From an uncultured Acidimicrobiales bacterium (GTDB lineage: Bacteria > Actinomycetota > Acidimicrobiia > Acidimicrobiales > SHLQ01), in assembly GCA_964610745.1 (NCBI GenBank), contig CAZSYL010000001.1, positions 43,281 through 107,280 on the forward strand: a stretch of DNA of 64,000 nt, read 5' to 3'. The notes under the pieces are model-generated. The model saw only the letters and a list, made by a program, of their open reading frames with translations. It ran no database searches and was not told the DNA's origin. Made by a program: the position numbers and the translations under genes. Below, one piece after another: positions 37,128-49,493 of the stretch. Within the stretch, counting starts at the first letter, position 1; each line of letters starts with the position of its first letter.

Positions 37128-38591
37128 TCAGCCTTTTCGGGAGTTGAGGATCTGCGCGACGACCTTGCCGTCGGCCTGGCCTTTGGTGGCCTTCATGATC
37201 TGGCCGGTGAAGAAGCCTGCCATCTTCTTGGCGTTGCCTTCGTCGCCTTCGCAGAAGCGAGTCCACTCGTCGGGATGATTCGCGATCAGCTCATCGACCA
37301 TGCCATCGAGTTCGCTGGTGTCCATTGCTTCGAAGCCCTTCGCCGCCGCGATGTCGGCTGCGCTATCTCCGGACTCGACCATCTCTGCTAGCACCGTCTT
37401 GGTCTGGGTCGATGTGAGGTCGCCACCGGTTTCCATTTGCACCAGCCCAGCGAACGATTCAGGGGTCAGCTTGCCCAAACCACCAGCGAGATTGTTGTCC
37501 ATGTGCACCACAACGCGAGCCCCGTCGCCGCCCGCCGCGATCGTATCGAGCGCAAATTTGGCATGACCACGATCGACGATGAGCCCCGCATCGGGTGCGG
37601 AAATTCCGGCCGCTTCGGCAAGCGCTGCACGCTGCGCACCCGGCAGTTCTGGGATAGACGCATCGATGTCTTCGAGCTCGCTTTCCGATGGCACGAGCGG
37701 GGTGAGATCAGGCTCGGGGAAGTACCGGTAGTCTTCTTCGTTTTCCTTCGACCGACCCGAACGGGTGCGACCTGCCTCTTCGTCCCAATGACGGGTTTCC
37801 TGGATCGGGCGCTCCCCGGTGCCGTAGAGGTCGATGTGACGATTCGCTTCGTGAGCGATCGCACGACCGAGCGAACTGAGCGAGTTGATGTTCTTCACTT
37901 CGCATCGCGTACGGAGTTCATCTGAGCCTCGTGGACGCACCGAAACGTTCGCGTCGACGCGCATCGAGCCCTCTTCCATCTTTGCGTCACTCACGTCGAG
38001 CGCCAGCACGATGCCTCGAAGCTCGCTCACATACGCTTTCGCTTCTTCGGCCGTGCGGATATCGGGACAGCTCACAATCTCAAGCAGTGGAACGCCAGCC
38101 CGGTTGTAATCGATCAGCGAGTACTTTGCCGACGAGATCCGACCGTCGCCGCCAACGTGAGTCGACTTTCCCGTGTCCTCTTCGATGTGAGCCCGTTCGA
38201 TATTGATCCGCACACCTTCTGGTGTATCGAGGTATCCATCCTCGTTCGTCGGCTGGTCGTATTGCGAGATCTGAAAATCCTTCGGCATGTCCGGATAGAA
38301 GTAGTTCTTGCGTGCCATCACCGATGGTTTCACCGTGCAATTGAGAGCGCGGCCGAGACGCATGGCCGAGGTGACCGCCTCTTCGTTCATCACCGGAAGC
38401 GAACCCGGCAAACCCAAACATGTTGGACACACATTGGTGTTCGGCTCGGAGCCGAACTGATTCGGACAGCCACAGAACAACTTGGTCTTCGTAGAGAGCT
38501 CAACGTGCACTTCGAGGCCTACCACGAGTTCCCACTCGTCGGGAATGGATGGTTCATGAACGTCAGGACCGCGGTCGACTGTGTGATACAT
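37128..38591 (-). CDS. gatB: Asp-tRNA(Asn)/Glu-tRNA(Gln) amidotransferase subunit B
   Basis: VGLEVHVEL, CPTCLGLPGSLP, RKNYFYPD, HIEEDTGK, YRYFPEPDL. Confidence 0.97.
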   Translation of the reverse strand: MYHTVDRGPDVHEPSIPDEWELVVGLEVHVELSTKTKLFCGCPNQFGSEPNTNVCPTCLGLPGSLPVMNEEAVTSAMRLGRALNCTVKPSVMARKNYFYPDMPKDFQISQYDQPTNEDGYLDTPEGVRINIERAHIEEDTGKSTHVGGDGRISSAKYSLIDYNRAGVPLLEIVSCPDIRTAEEAKAYVSELRGIVLALDVSDAKMEEGSMRVDANVSVRPRGSDELRTRCEVKNINSLSSLGRAIAHEANRHIDLYGTGERPIQETRHWDEEAGRTRSGRSKENEEDYRYFPEPDLTPLVPSESELEDIDASIPELPGAQRAALAEAAGISAPDAGLIVDRGHAKFALDTIAAGGDGARVVVHMDNNLAGGLGKLTPESFAGLVQMETGGDLTSTQTKTVLAEMVESGDSAADIAAAKGFEAMDTSELDGMVDELIANHPDEWTRFCEGDEGNAKKMAGFFTGQIMKATKGQADGKVVAQILNSRKG

Positions 38592-40060
38592 CACGCACCT
38601 CCATTTGCTGCTCGTTCGAGCTCTGCGGCGACCTGAAACATCACGACATCGCCCATCAACGGCCCGAGTACTTGAATGCCGATCGGCAAGCCATCATCGC
38701 CGGTACCGAACGGCACGGACATTGCGGGCTGTCCTGCAAGGTTGCTCGGAATCGTCGTGACGTCGTTGACGTACATCGCCAGCGGATCCGCGGTCTTGTC
38801 GCCGAGCGCAAACGCGGTCGTTGGCGACGTCGGTGCAAGCAACACGTCAAAGTCTTCGTACGCTGCGTTGAATTCGGAAATCACCCTGGTCCTGATGCGC
38901 TGCGCGCTGTCATAGAAGGCATCGCCGTATCCGGCCGACAACCCATAGGTGCCCAGCATGATTCGCCGCTTTACCTCGTCGCCGAAGCCTGCAGTGCGGG
39001 TTGCGGTGTTCATGAGCGCAGTGTTTGGCCCATCGACGCGCAACCCGTAGCGAACACCATCAAAGCGAGCCAGGTTCGACGAAGCTTCGGCAGGAGCGAT
39101 GACGTAGTACGCCGAGAGGCAATGGACGGCCGACGGAACAGAAACCTGATCGACCGTCGCTCCAGCGGCGCTCAGCGAGTTCGCGGCGACACCCAAACGC
39201 GCAATGACGTCATCGGAGATGCCGGGAATGACCTCACCAGCCATCTCGGTGATAACACCGACCCGCAGTCCATCGACACCGACATCAAGCTTTGAGGAGA
39301 CGGGTAATGCTGGCTGGTCGGCGGAGGTGGCATCGAGAGGATCGTGTCCAGCAATTGCTTCGTACACCGCCGCGGAGTCGGCGACCGTTGTAGAGAACGG
39401 GCCAATCTGATCGAGACTCGAACTGAATGCGACCAAGCCATAGCGAGATACCGCACCGTAGGTGGGCTTGACCCCGACCACGCCACACAGCGAACCGGGT
39501 TGACGGATCGATCCGCCGGTGTCTGAACCAAGCGCTATCGGCGCGAAGCCAGCAGCGACCGCAGCTGCACTTCCACCACTTGAGCCGCCGGGCACCTTCG
39601 CGAGATCCCACGGGTTCTTGGTCGGTCCGAACGCCGAGTTCTCGGTGGACGAACCCATTGCGAACTCATCGAGGTTGGCTTTGCCGACCATGATTGCACC
39701 GGCGGCTTCGAGACGTTCGACAACCGTTGCGTCATACGGCGGCTGCCAGCCGTCGAGGATCTTTGAGGAACAGGTGGTGGCAATTCCCCTGGTGCACATG
39801 TTGTCCTTGATCGCCACCGGCACACCGGCAAGCGCTCCGACATCCTCGCCAGCCGCAATACGCTCATCGATGGCTGCGGCGCGCGCCGTTGCATACTCTG
39901 TGGTCACCTCGTTAAACGCATGGACCGACGGCTCGTGTTCGCCAATACGGTCGAGGTGCGCCTCGACAACAGACGCTGCGGTCTGCTCGCCTGATCGAAC
40001 GGCTTTTGAAATCGAAGCCGCATCGCCGAACACGCCTGGTGCTGCGCTGGATTCGGTCAT
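38591..40060 (-). CDS. gatA: Amidotransferase subunit A
   Basis: PVAIKDN, PGGSSGGSA, GSDTGGSIRQP, NLARFDGVRYG, EVKRRIMLGTY. Confidence 0.97.
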   Translation of the reverse strand: MTESSAAPGVFGDAASISKAVRSGEQTAASVVEAHLDRIGEHEPSVHAFNEVTTEYATARAAAIDERIAAGEDVGALAGVPVAIKDNMCTRGIATTCSSKILDGWQPPYDATVVERLEAAGAIMVGKANLDEFAMGSSTENSAFGPTKNPWDLAKVPGGSSGGSAAAVAAGFAPIALGSDTGGSIRQPGSLCGVVGVKPTYGAVSRYGLVAFSSSLDQIGPFSTTVADSAAVYEAIAGHDPLDATSADQPALPVSSKLDVGVDGLRVGVITEMAGEVIPGISDDVIARLGVAANSLSAAGATVDQVSVPSAVHCLSAYYVIAPAEASSNLARFDGVRYGLRVDGPNTALMNTATRTAGFGDEVKRRIMLGTYGLSAGYGDAFYDSAQRIRTRVISEFNAAYEDFDVLLAPTSPTTAFALGDKTADPLAMYVNDVTTIPSNLAGQPAMSVPFGTGDDGLPIGIQVLGPLMGDVVMFQVAAELERAANGGA

Positions 40061-40365
40061 TGTGCTTCTCCAAGTGCTGGCGGCACCTTGAAGCGGCCAT
40101 CCTCAACGTCGGGAGCCTGAGCGAGCACTTCGTCTCTGTCGAGTGGCGGTGTGATCTCATCTGGACGCATCACGTTGACCAGCCCAAGAGGGTGATGTGT
40201 CGGCTCGATTCCATCAAGTTCGAGGCGGTGCATTTCGTGCGCATTGTCGATCACCGCAGCCAACTGCGGAGTGAACAAGTCGATCTCCTCATCGGAAAGG
40301 TTGAGCAGTGCGAGCTTCGCAACATGGGCTACGTCGTCTCGAGACAGCGATTCTGGTTCGGCCAT
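40057..40365 (-). CDS. gatC: Amidotransferase subunit C
   Basis: DVAHVAKLALL, NVMRPD, FKVP; upstream of gatA. Confidence 0.93.
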   Translation of the reverse strand: MAEPESLSRDDVAHVAKLALLNLSDEEIDLFTPQLAAVIDNAHEMHRLELDGIEPTHHPLGLVNVMRPDEITPPLDRDEVLAQAPDVEDGRFKVPPALGEAQ

Positions 40366-40375
40366 TCCGAAGAGG

Positions 40376-40804
40376 TTAGCCAGCGGTAATGGCTGCTAGA
40401 CGAGAAGCGATCTCTTTTGCGATCGCAATTTCGTCAGGATCGGTCGGAGGCTGCGCTCCAGCAAACCCCATAACCTTGGCCACATCGCCAGTGATGAGGA
40501 ATTTGCCCAACATGAAGGCCTCCATCACCTTGGCTGGGTCACGGTCGACGAAGAGCGTGTATGCCGTCTCGTAGTCGGTAGTTACGGTGACTTCAGGGTC
40601 ATTGAGATGCCCTTCGTCAATAGTCACCGCGCCAGCCGTCGTATCGACGTGGCCTTCGATATCACCATCTCCAAACGGCGGATCGGTGACCACGACGTTC
40701 GCCTTCACGGGCTCGACCTCGCTCGCCGATCGTCCTTGGAACTCGTCACGAATCGCTCGAGCTTCGGCGATCCACTCGGGAGAAAGGAAGAGATGTTGTG
40801 CCAC
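40376..40804 (-). CDS. SCP2 sterol-carrier-like protein
   Basis: FLSPEW start, AFMLGKFLITGDV C-terminus. Confidence 0.75.
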   Translation of the reverse strand: MAQHLFLSPEWIAEARAIRDEFQGRSASEVEPVKANVVVTDPPFGDGDIEGHVDTTAGAVTIDEGHLNDPEVTVTTDYETAYTLFVDRDPAKVMEAFMLGKFLITGDVAKVMGFAGAQPPTDPDEIAIAKEIASRLAAITAG

Positions 40805-40820
40805 GACGCTGATGCTACCG

Positions 40821-42866
40821 CTAGGTGCAGTCGCTCATGAGCACCTGCACCACGTTGCCGGGCTGCAAGGTTGTCGGCGACGGCGGATCGGTGCCCACAA
40901 CAGCACATGAGGCAAACTCGCCACCATCTTGCCCGTTGGGGCCAACAAGCTCGGCGAGGAAACCAGCACCATCGAGTAGGTCAAGGGTGTCGGTCAGTGA
41001 GAGTCCCGAGGTCGACGGAATCACGACCGGGTTCGGTCCTTGAGAAATGGTGACCTCGACCTGTTCACCGCGTTCGATCGAGGTGCCCGGAGCTGGTACC
41101 ACCGAAACAAGGTTGCCTTCGATGACTTCATCATCGAATGCGTCGATCCGCACAACACCGAGACCAGCCGCTTCCAGATCGAGAATCAGCTGCTCTGCAT
41201 CGGTTTGCTCATTGACCGCCGGTATCACACGGCTCTGCGGCCCCTGCGACACAACCAGGTTCACCATGGCGCCCTCGGGTAGTTCAAGTGCATCCACCTC
41301 GATGGACATGACGTTGCCTTCGCCTACATCTTCACTGTTGACGCGTTCGACTTCACCAACGACCAGTCCAATCGCTTCGAGTGTCGCACCGGCTTGGGCC
41401 TCGCTGCGTCCGAGCAAGTCGTCCTCGGGAACGCGAACTAACGGGAGCCCCAGCGATACCCAGTAGCTGAGCTCGGCGCCCTGCTCGAGTGCCGTACCCG
41501 GTTCAGGGTCGGTGCGAATGACCGATCCCTGCGCGATGTTTGAGTCTCGTTCGAGCTTCTCCTCGAGAACCCATGTGGTCCCGAGTTCATCGAGGGCCGC
41601 CTCGACGGTCAGGCCAGCAACATCGGGGACGCTGACGACGGCGATGTTGTTGCCCGAGACCTGTTGGAACGCGAACCAACCAATCGCAGCGATCACGATG
41701 ACCGACAGGAGCAACACGGGCCAACGTCGAGCTGGCTCGTCACCGGTATCGACGACCGGGACTTCGGCGATGGTCGTCCGATCAGCAACATCGGTGATCG
41801 TCGCATCCGGGTCCGCGGACGGGTCGACCCCAGCGATCCCCACGTCCTCTCCGGCGGTCGAGGGCTTGGACACGCGTGTCCCGGCGATCATCCCAGGGGT
41901 GGCCGATTCGGCCGATGACGGTTCGAAGACCTCATCGACTGAGACGCCCTCGCCACTCACATCGTTGTCGGGCAAACCAACGAGTGGCAGTTTCGCGGGA
42001 CGAGGCATGCCCTTGGCTGCGCCGAGCAGGCCAACTCCGGCATCGTGCGAAGTAGGCCGCGCCGCGGGGTCGCGTTGGGTCATCTGACGAAGGACCTCGC
42101 CCAATGCCTCGGGAACGTCGGCTGGAATTGGTACGTCGCTTTCTACTCGCGCCGTCAACGTCCCAAGGAGCGTGTCGGCCGAGAACGGCACCGACCCGGA
42201 CAATGCCTCGATGAGAACCAGGCCGAGCGAGTAGACATCCGAGGCCGCGGTCAGACGCAGCCCTTGCGCTTGTTCGGGCGACGAGTAACGGGCGGTGCCC
42301 ACGAGAGTTTTCCCGGGCTCGGTCCATCCCGACTCGGCCAGCGCCCGGGCGAGCCCAAAGTCGGCAACCTTCAACGTTCCTTCCTCGGTGAACATAAGGT
42401 TCGCTGGTGTGACGTCGCGATGCACAAGACCCTGCCCGTGTGCGTAATGCAAGGCACGGCATGCGTCGATCCCGAAAGCGATCACCTGACTCGGCGAGCA
42501 GACAGCTCCTTCGTCGAGCATCTCTCGAAGCGACCCTCCTTCGAGAAGCTCCAGAACAAGAAACGGCACGCTGCCGCCACCGAGGTCGGCGGCCTCATCT
42601 TCGCCCCAGTCATGAACTGACATGACGTTCGAATGACTGAGCGATGCCGCAGAACGGGCCTCTTGGGCAAACCGATCGAGAAAACCCTGATCGCTAGAAA
42701 GTTCGCGATGCAGGACTTTCACGGCGACGTTTCGTTGAAGCGAGGTGTCTTCGGCCTCAAAAACAGTCGCCGACGAGCCACGACCGATGCTTCGAATCAG
42801 TCGATAACGGCCGCTGAGTTCGACACCGGGGCCGACACGCGCGGCTGAAGGATGGGTTGAGGCCAC
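40821..42866 (-). CDS. PknB/Stk1-type Ser/Thr kinase with TM and about 4 PASTA domains
   Basis: IGRGSSA, VAVK, HRDVTPAN, DFGLA, SPEQ; TM RWPVLLLSVIVIAAIGWF; PASTA repeats (VPDVAG, VPEDDLLG, IPAV, IPSTSG). Confidence 0.92.
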   Translation of the reverse strand: MASTHPSAARVGPGVELSGRYRLIRSIGRGSSATVFEAEDTSLQRNVAVKVLHRELSSDQGFLDRFAQEARSAASLSHSNVMSVHDWGEDEAADLGGGSVPFLVLELLEGGSLREMLDEGAVCSPSQVIAFGIDACRALHYAHGQGLVHRDVTPANLMFTEEGTLKVADFGLARALAESGWTEPGKTLVGTARYSSPEQAQGLRLTAASDVYSLGLVLIEALSGSVPFSADTLLGTLTARVESDVPIPADVPEALGEVLRQMTQRDPAARPTSHDAGVGLLGAAKGMPRPAKLPLVGLPDNDVSGEGVSVDEVFEPSSAESATPGMIAGTRVSKPSTAGEDVGIAGVDPSADPDATITDVADRTTIAEVPVVDTGDEPARRWPVLLLSVIVIAAIGWFAFQQVSGNNIAVVSVPDVAGLTVEAALDELGTTWVLEEKLERDSNIAQGSVIRTDPEPGTALEQGAELSYWVSLGLPLVRVPEDDLLGRSEAQAGATLEAIGLVVGEVERVNSEDVGEGNVMSIEVDALELPEGAMVNLVVSQGPQSRVIPAVNEQTDAEQLILDLEAAGLGVVRIDAFDDEVIEGNLVSVVPAPGTSIERGEQVEVTISQGPNPVVIPSTSGLSLTDTLDLLDGAGFLAELVGPNGQDGGEFASCAVVGTDPPSPTTLQPGNVVQVLMSDCT

Positions 42867-42899
42867 TGCAACACGCTACCCCCGCCATACGCTTGAGTC

Positions 42900-43328
42900 A
42901 TGGCAAAGAAAGAACGAGCAATCGTGTCTCTCGCGATTGCGTTCGGCATCGTGATCCTCGGTCTCGGTTTTGTGAACGGGGCGGAGGACGGCGAGGACAT
43001 TTCCGTCACGCAGAACCCCGCAATTGATGCCCTGATCCCGGACCGTGAGTCGGAGATCCTCCAGGGCGACCAGGTCGGCATCGACCTTGCCGAGGGATAC
43101 CAGGGAGCGCTGACGATCGAGACGAGCGACGGGCGCAACATTCCCATCCCTACAGACGAGATTGACGAGAACTTCCAAAGCGGCCTCGGCCAGTTCCTCT
43201 TCCGCCCCGGAGAAGGCAAAGTGCTCGACGCTCTGCCGCCACAATCCAACTGTGTCACCGCCACATACTGGCCCCAGGTAAACCCTGAGGATTCCCAAAC
43301 CATCCGCTGGTGTTTCGAAGTCACGTGA
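42900..43328 (+). CDS. Hypothetical exported/membrane-anchored protein
   Basis: N-terminal hydrophobic anchor; ATG 6 nt after TACGCT. Confidence 0.7.
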   Translation: MAKKERAIVSLAIAFGIVILGLGFVNGAEDGEDISVTQNPAIDALIPDRESEILQGDQVGIDLAEGYQGALTIETSDGRNIPIPTDEIDENFQSGLGQFLFRPGEGKVLDALPPQSNCVTATYWPQVNPEDSQTIRWCFEVT

Positions 43329-43501
43329 CCGATAGGGCCTCCGGCCCGATTCTATCGACCACGTGACTTCCGCTGCTTTCGCCGCAGGCGAGATCCGAGC
43401 CTGGCGGCTCTCGACTCGCGCTGCGGTGGGCTAGAGGCCGCGCCCGCTCTTCGACGGGGGTTTTTGTGATGACTTTCCGACCGTATAGGGGGTCTAATCG
43501 G

Positions 43502-45538
<2,037 letters not shown>

Positions 45539-45570
45539 TTATCGCTGGGGTGTGACCTACCCTGAAAGGG

Positions 45571-46488
45571 ATGACTGCTGCAGCGACCACCACAGAAACG
45601 AAGATCGCCATTCGCGATCTCGAACTGTGGATTTTCCGCGTCGTTTGGCTCATCCTTCCGTTCACGACGTTTCCACTACTGACCCGTGCGCTCGATCAGG
45701 GCGGCCGGGGTCTTGAGCTCGGCGGAACCATCGGCATCTGGGTGATCTGGGCCGCCCTGCTAATCGCCTCGATGGTTCCTCGGACCGAGACCCTCACCGC
45801 AGCCCGCATCATTGCGCCATCGGCCTTTGTCGCTGTTCTCGCCGCGGTCATAAGCCTGCTCGATGAAGGCACCGTCGACCTCGTACTCGTTCTCGCGATC
45901 GTCGGTTCGGCCACAGCTGCACTGCTCGTCTTTCGACCTGCCGTTTCCGACGCATTCGTCGACGGATCGTCCTATGGCGACGAGACACGATTCCTGCTCA
46001 GTACGCCCGGCGCAATCATGGCTGGTCCCATCCAACTCGTCTGGGCAACGATCGCCCTCGGCGCCACTGTGGGCCCCATTCTGTTGCTCGCCGAACGATG
46101 GATCCTGGGCGGCATCCTTCTGGTGGTTGGTTGGCCGCTCGCGTACTTTGCCCTCCCGGTGCTCCATCGTCTCTCATTCCGCTGGCTCGTGCTCGTCCCC
46201 GCGGGCCTCGTCGTGCACGACAAGACAGCACTTCGCGAGCCGCAGCTGTTTCGCAAGGAAAGCATCACGGCCCTGGGCCCAGCGCCCGTCGAGACGACCT
46301 ATGAAGACCTCACGCTGAACGCCCTCGGCCTGGCGCTACGCGCCGAGCTGATCGAACCATCAAAGATCGTCAGAAACGACCGCGGAACCGATGTTGCGCT
46401 CACCGATATCGGCGGTTTCCTCGTCAGCCCGAATCGGCCGGGTAAAGTTATCTCCGAAGCAAAAGAGCGCGGCTTTCGAATCGGGTAA
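45571..46488 (+). CDS. Hypothetical multi-TM membrane protein
   Basis: About 6 TM helices plus a soluble C-terminal domain; ATG 7 nt after TACCCT. Confidence 0.7.
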   Translation: MTAAATTTETKIAIRDLELWIFRVVWLILPFTTFPLLTRALDQGGRGLELGGTIGIWVIWAALLIASMVPRTETLTAARIIAPSAFVAVLAAVISLLDEGTVDLVLVLAIVGSATAALLVFRPAVSDAFVDGSSYGDETRFLLSTPGAIMAGPIQLVWATIALGATVGPILLLAERWILGGILLVVGWPLAYFALPVLHRLSFRWLVLVPAGLVVHDKTALREPQLFRKESITALGPAPVETTYEDLTLNALGLALRAELIEPSKIVRNDRGTDVALTDIGGFLVSPNRPGKVISEAKERGFRIG

Positions 46489-46515
46489 CCCGATACTCAG
46501 CAGGATCAGCTTGCA

Positions 46516-47211
46516 CTACGACTCGATCGTGATTTTGGTCCAGGCTCCAACGTTGAACGCTGTTCCGGGGATCAGGCTGAACGGCGTCCCGGCCTTCAGC
46601 GGATCGCTGGACCCGTCGAGATAGGTTCCGTTGGTCGAGTCGAGGTCGGTAATCGTCCAACCGCTGCTGCCTCGGTGCAAACGGCAATGCCGCGAGGACA
46701 CCGCAGGATCGGTTGCCGGAGAGTCGTCGCCGAATACCGACGAAAGGTCGATCTCGGGGAAGATCCCACGGCTTTCGCTGTGCCGACCGATCAGAATGTC
46801 CGTTGGTGGCAGTTCGATGCGCGCCGGCTCGGGCAGCGCATCGGGAGCGTCGACGCCAGTAAAAGCCATCCGCTCGAAGAACTCGAGATCAACCTCGACG
46901 ATCGCGACACCAGCTTGAGCTGCCGAGACGGGCGAGGCCAACCCACCAGAGATCTCCTCGCCCGGGAGCGTGCCGGAGAGAAAGTCGTATCCGCAGTTTT
47001 CGCAGAACACGTCGCCCTCGGTGTGTGATTCAGCACAGTTCGGACACGTCGGACCAACACCGGTGGACGCTGCTATCTCACCGGTCTGCGACGCAGCAGG
47101 CGGTGGTGGTGGAGCTTCGCTGCCGCCATCGATCTGAACGCCACAGATCGAGCAGTAATCGTCCCATTCTGACTCGTGACCCTTTGGGCACGTTACGTCA
47201 GCGACCGCCAT
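46516..47211 (-). CDS. Zinc-ribbon + FHA domain protein
   Basis: CPKGH..YCSICG, CPNC..FCENCG; FHA residues IGR, VSSRH, STNGT. Confidence 0.9.
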   Translation of the reverse strand: MAVADVTCPKGHESEWDDYCSICGVQIDGGSEAPPPPPAASQTGEIAASTGVGPTCPNCAESHTEGDVFCENCGYDFLSGTLPGEEISGGLASPVSAAQAGVAIVEVDLEFFERMAFTGVDAPDALPEPARIELPPTDILIGRHSESRGIFPEIDLSSVFGDDSPATDPAVSSRHCRLHRGSSGWTITDLDSTNGTYLDGSSDPLKAGTPFSLIPGTAFNVGAWTKITIES

Positions 47212-47214
47212 CTT

Positions 47215-48498
47215 CTAGTCCTCTCGCTGCACCCGGACGGTCCGTGTTGAACGAACGTCGAGCGCCATTTCATCGGCCTGTTCGACGGTCCGCTTCAGTC
47301 GAACGGTGCCGGTCTTTGGGTCCTCTACGTCGACGACCTTCTGCAGTAGACGTACGGTTCCTTCATTGCCAGCTTCATGAGCGATCTGAACGGCGCGACC
47401 GAGCTTCATCGTGGCCTCTTGTTCATCTCCAGACTGGCGAGCGGCAAGGCCCGTGGCGATGGCGTCAGCCAGCTCGGCCTGACCGGTGTAGTGCGCGACC
47501 TCACGATTGATGCGGGTCGACAACGCATCGTCGTTGGTCCAGATCGCCCGGACGAGCGCGACCGGTTCAGCTTCGCCATTGATCGCGAGCATCACTCGGG
47601 CAGCGAGGCGCTCATCACCGATCGCTCCGGTCGGGATACGAACGCGCACGTGATAGTCGCGGCTCTCACCGTCAGCCCAGGAACCGAGTGGGTAGTCCTT
47701 CGAAAGCGCGTCGACGGCCACTGCTTTGTCGGTGAGCTCATCGAGGTTCGGCGACACCTGCCGCACGAACTCGATCGTCGAACCCTTTGGTGTCCACAAC
47801 CGAAGCGCCACGTTCGTGACCTGCTTCGCCATCGTCTTCTGGGTCAGTGCCCGGAACTCGGCCTCCATTTCGGAGGGGTGCGCAATGATGTCGGTCGTGC
47901 CGAGCAGTGCATTGGAGATCTTACGTAGCTCATCGGGTTCCCAGTACACCCCAAGACCACGACAGTCGCATTCGAAGAGGCCGACCGACTGGGCAATTGC
48001 CGCGTCGAGCTCCCACGGTTCTTCATGCTCGTTGCGGCCATCGGTTAGGAGGATGACGTGGGCGACCGAGTTGGAGTGGCCCTGAATGAGCGAAGCCGCT
48101 CCTCGAAGCCATGAGCCGATCGCTGTGCCACCATCGGCGTGGATGCGCGATGCGGCGTCGATTGCCTCGGCTCGAGTCTTGGCGTTGGCCTCGATCAGCT
48201 GTCCCGACGGTGGGTAGAGCATCTTGGCTTCGTGGTTCCCGGCAATCACGGCGAACAAAACACCGTCGCTGAGTGTGTCGATAGCGACCTGCGTTGCGGT
48301 TCGGGCCGCCCGAATCTTTGCTCCACCGTTCTCGTTCATCGAGCCGGAGACGTCGACCGCGATCACCTCGACGGTCGGTTCGTGCACCTGGGGACTTGCA
48401 CCGCCTTCAACCGCGGTCACGGTCACGACGGCATCGACCACATCACCGCCCTCTGGCAGGTACTCGTTCTGAAAGACGCTGGCGTCGAACTGGGTCAC
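47215..48498 (-). CDS. vWA domain protein
   Basis: MIDAS DVSGS, GGT, LLTDGRN. Confidence 0.9.
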   Translation of the reverse strand: MTQFDASVFQNEYLPEGGDVVDAVVTVTAVEGGASPQVHEPTVEVIAVDVSGSMNENGGAKIRAARTATQVAIDTLSDGVLFAVIAGNHEAKMLYPPSGQLIEANAKTRAEAIDAASRIHADGGTAIGSWLRGAASLIQGHSNSVAHVILLTDGRNEHEEPWELDAAIAQSVGLFECDCRGLGVYWEPDELRKISNALLGTTDIIAHPSEMEAEFRALTQKTMAKQVTNVALRLWTPKGSTIEFVRQVSPNLDELTDKAVAVDALSKDYPLGSWADGESRDYHVRVRIPTGAIGDERLAARVMLAINGEAEPVALVRAIWTNDDALSTRINREVAHYTGQAELADAIATGLAARQSGDEQEATMKLGRAVQIAHEAGNEGTVRLLQKVVDVEDPKTGTVRLKRTVEQADEMALDVRSTRTVRVQRED

Positions 48499-48632
48499 GT
48501 CACTCTCCTCACATCACCGATCGGAAGCCGGGTGTTGGGCCATCTTAGGTTGAGCCGTTCGACCGGCCCGCGAATTTCGATTCGGCATTCGCTCCGTTCC
48601 GCTGAAGAGTTGGAAGTCGTAGAGCTCGATCC

Positions 48633-48655
48633 TATAGTTAGCCGAGTGGCTAACT
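48633..48655 (+). promoter_or_regulatory. ArsR operator/promoter 1: TATAGTTAGCC-gagt-GGCTAACT
   Basis: 8-bp inverted repeat AGTTAGCC/GGCTAACT overlapping the TATAGT -10 and the GTG start. Confidence 0.8.
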
Positions 48656-48996
48656 TACTTACCGGCAAGCTGAGCGAAGAGGAGTTGGATCGACTGTTCC
48701 GCGCCCTCTCCGACTCGACCCGTCGCTCGATGCTGCGCCGACTAGCGACAAAGCCTATGACCGTCGGAGAGCTTGCCGAACCGTTTGAGATGTCAAAGCC
48801 TTCAATCTCCAAGCACCTCAAGGTACTCGAACGAGCCAACCTCCTCCGGCGAGACATCGACGGAAGGGTGCACCACTGCCACCTGGTCGCTGGCCCGCTC
48901 AACGAAGCAGCCCAGTGGCTACAGCACTACGAGAAGTTCTGGAACGAAAAGCTCGACGCCCTCGATGCGCACCTGACCGGAGGTGACGATGACTGA
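48646..48996 (+). CDS. ArsR/SmtB-family regulator
   Basis: LFRALSDSTRRSML, LAEPFEMSKPSISKHLKVLERANL. Confidence 0.92.
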   Translation: MANLLTGKLSEEELDRLFRALSDSTRRSMLRRLATKPMTVGELAEPFEMSKPSISKHLKVLERANLLRRDIDGRVHHCHLVAGPLNEAAQWLQHYEKFWNEKLDALDAHLTGGDDD

Positions 48997-49450
48997 TCAA
49001 GAGTTGGGAGTCGTGCACTTGGAACGGGTGATCGACTCGCCGGTCGAAAGGGTATTTCACGCCTGGACGACCCCCGGCGAACTCATGCAGTGGTTTGGCC
49101 CCGACGGCTGCGTAGTTGACGCCGCCGAAGCCGACGTCGCTGTCGGAGGTCGCTATTCAATATCGATGACCGTCCCCGGCGGCGAACAGGTACACCACTT
49201 CGGCCAATACCTAGAGGTCGACCCACCGACTCGACTGGTTTTCACCTGGGTTATCTCCAACCAACCATGCGAGGGAAGCCAAGGTAGCGAGGCGAACACC
49301 AAGGTCACCCTCGACCTGGTCAGCGTTGGAACGAGCACGAACTTGTCACTCCTCCACGAACAGCTGCCGAGCGCAGATGCCGTCAAGGGTCACCGCATTG
49401 GCTGGAGCGGCTCGCTGCTCCGCCTATCGAAGCACCTCACTTCCACCTAA
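48989..49450 (+). CDS. SRPBCC (AHSA1-like) protein
   Basis: ERVFHAWTTPGELMQWFGP, RLVFTW, HRIGW; GGAGG SD before ATG at 48989. Confidence 0.88.
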   Translation: MTDQELGVVHLERVIDSPVERVFHAWTTPGELMQWFGPDGCVVDAAEADVAVGGRYSISMTVPGGEQVHHFGQYLEVDPPTRLVFTWVISNQPCEGSQGSEANTKVTLDLVSVGTSTNLSLLHEQLPSADAVKGHRIGWSGSLLRLSKHLTST

Positions 49451-49493
49451 GCGCGGGCGACCACCCCACCAATTACCAATTCCGCTATGACCA

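Noticed and set aside
36661-37266. 201-aa ORF spanning the palindromes and the gatB 3' end
   Set aside because: Its N-terminal part overlaps gatB out of frame and crosses the repeats; only the last 72 codons look like a gene
42400-42430. HRDVTPAN (Lys to Thr) in the PASTA kinase as a sign of a pseudokinase
   Set aside because: VAVK lysine, HRD, Asn and DFG are intact; similar substitutions occur in active bacterial kinases
43370-43405. Minus-strand GCCAGG...GAAAGCAGC resembling SRP RNA domain IV
   Set aside because: The conserved CAGGUCCGGAAGGAAGCAG core is not matched; spacing and sequence differ
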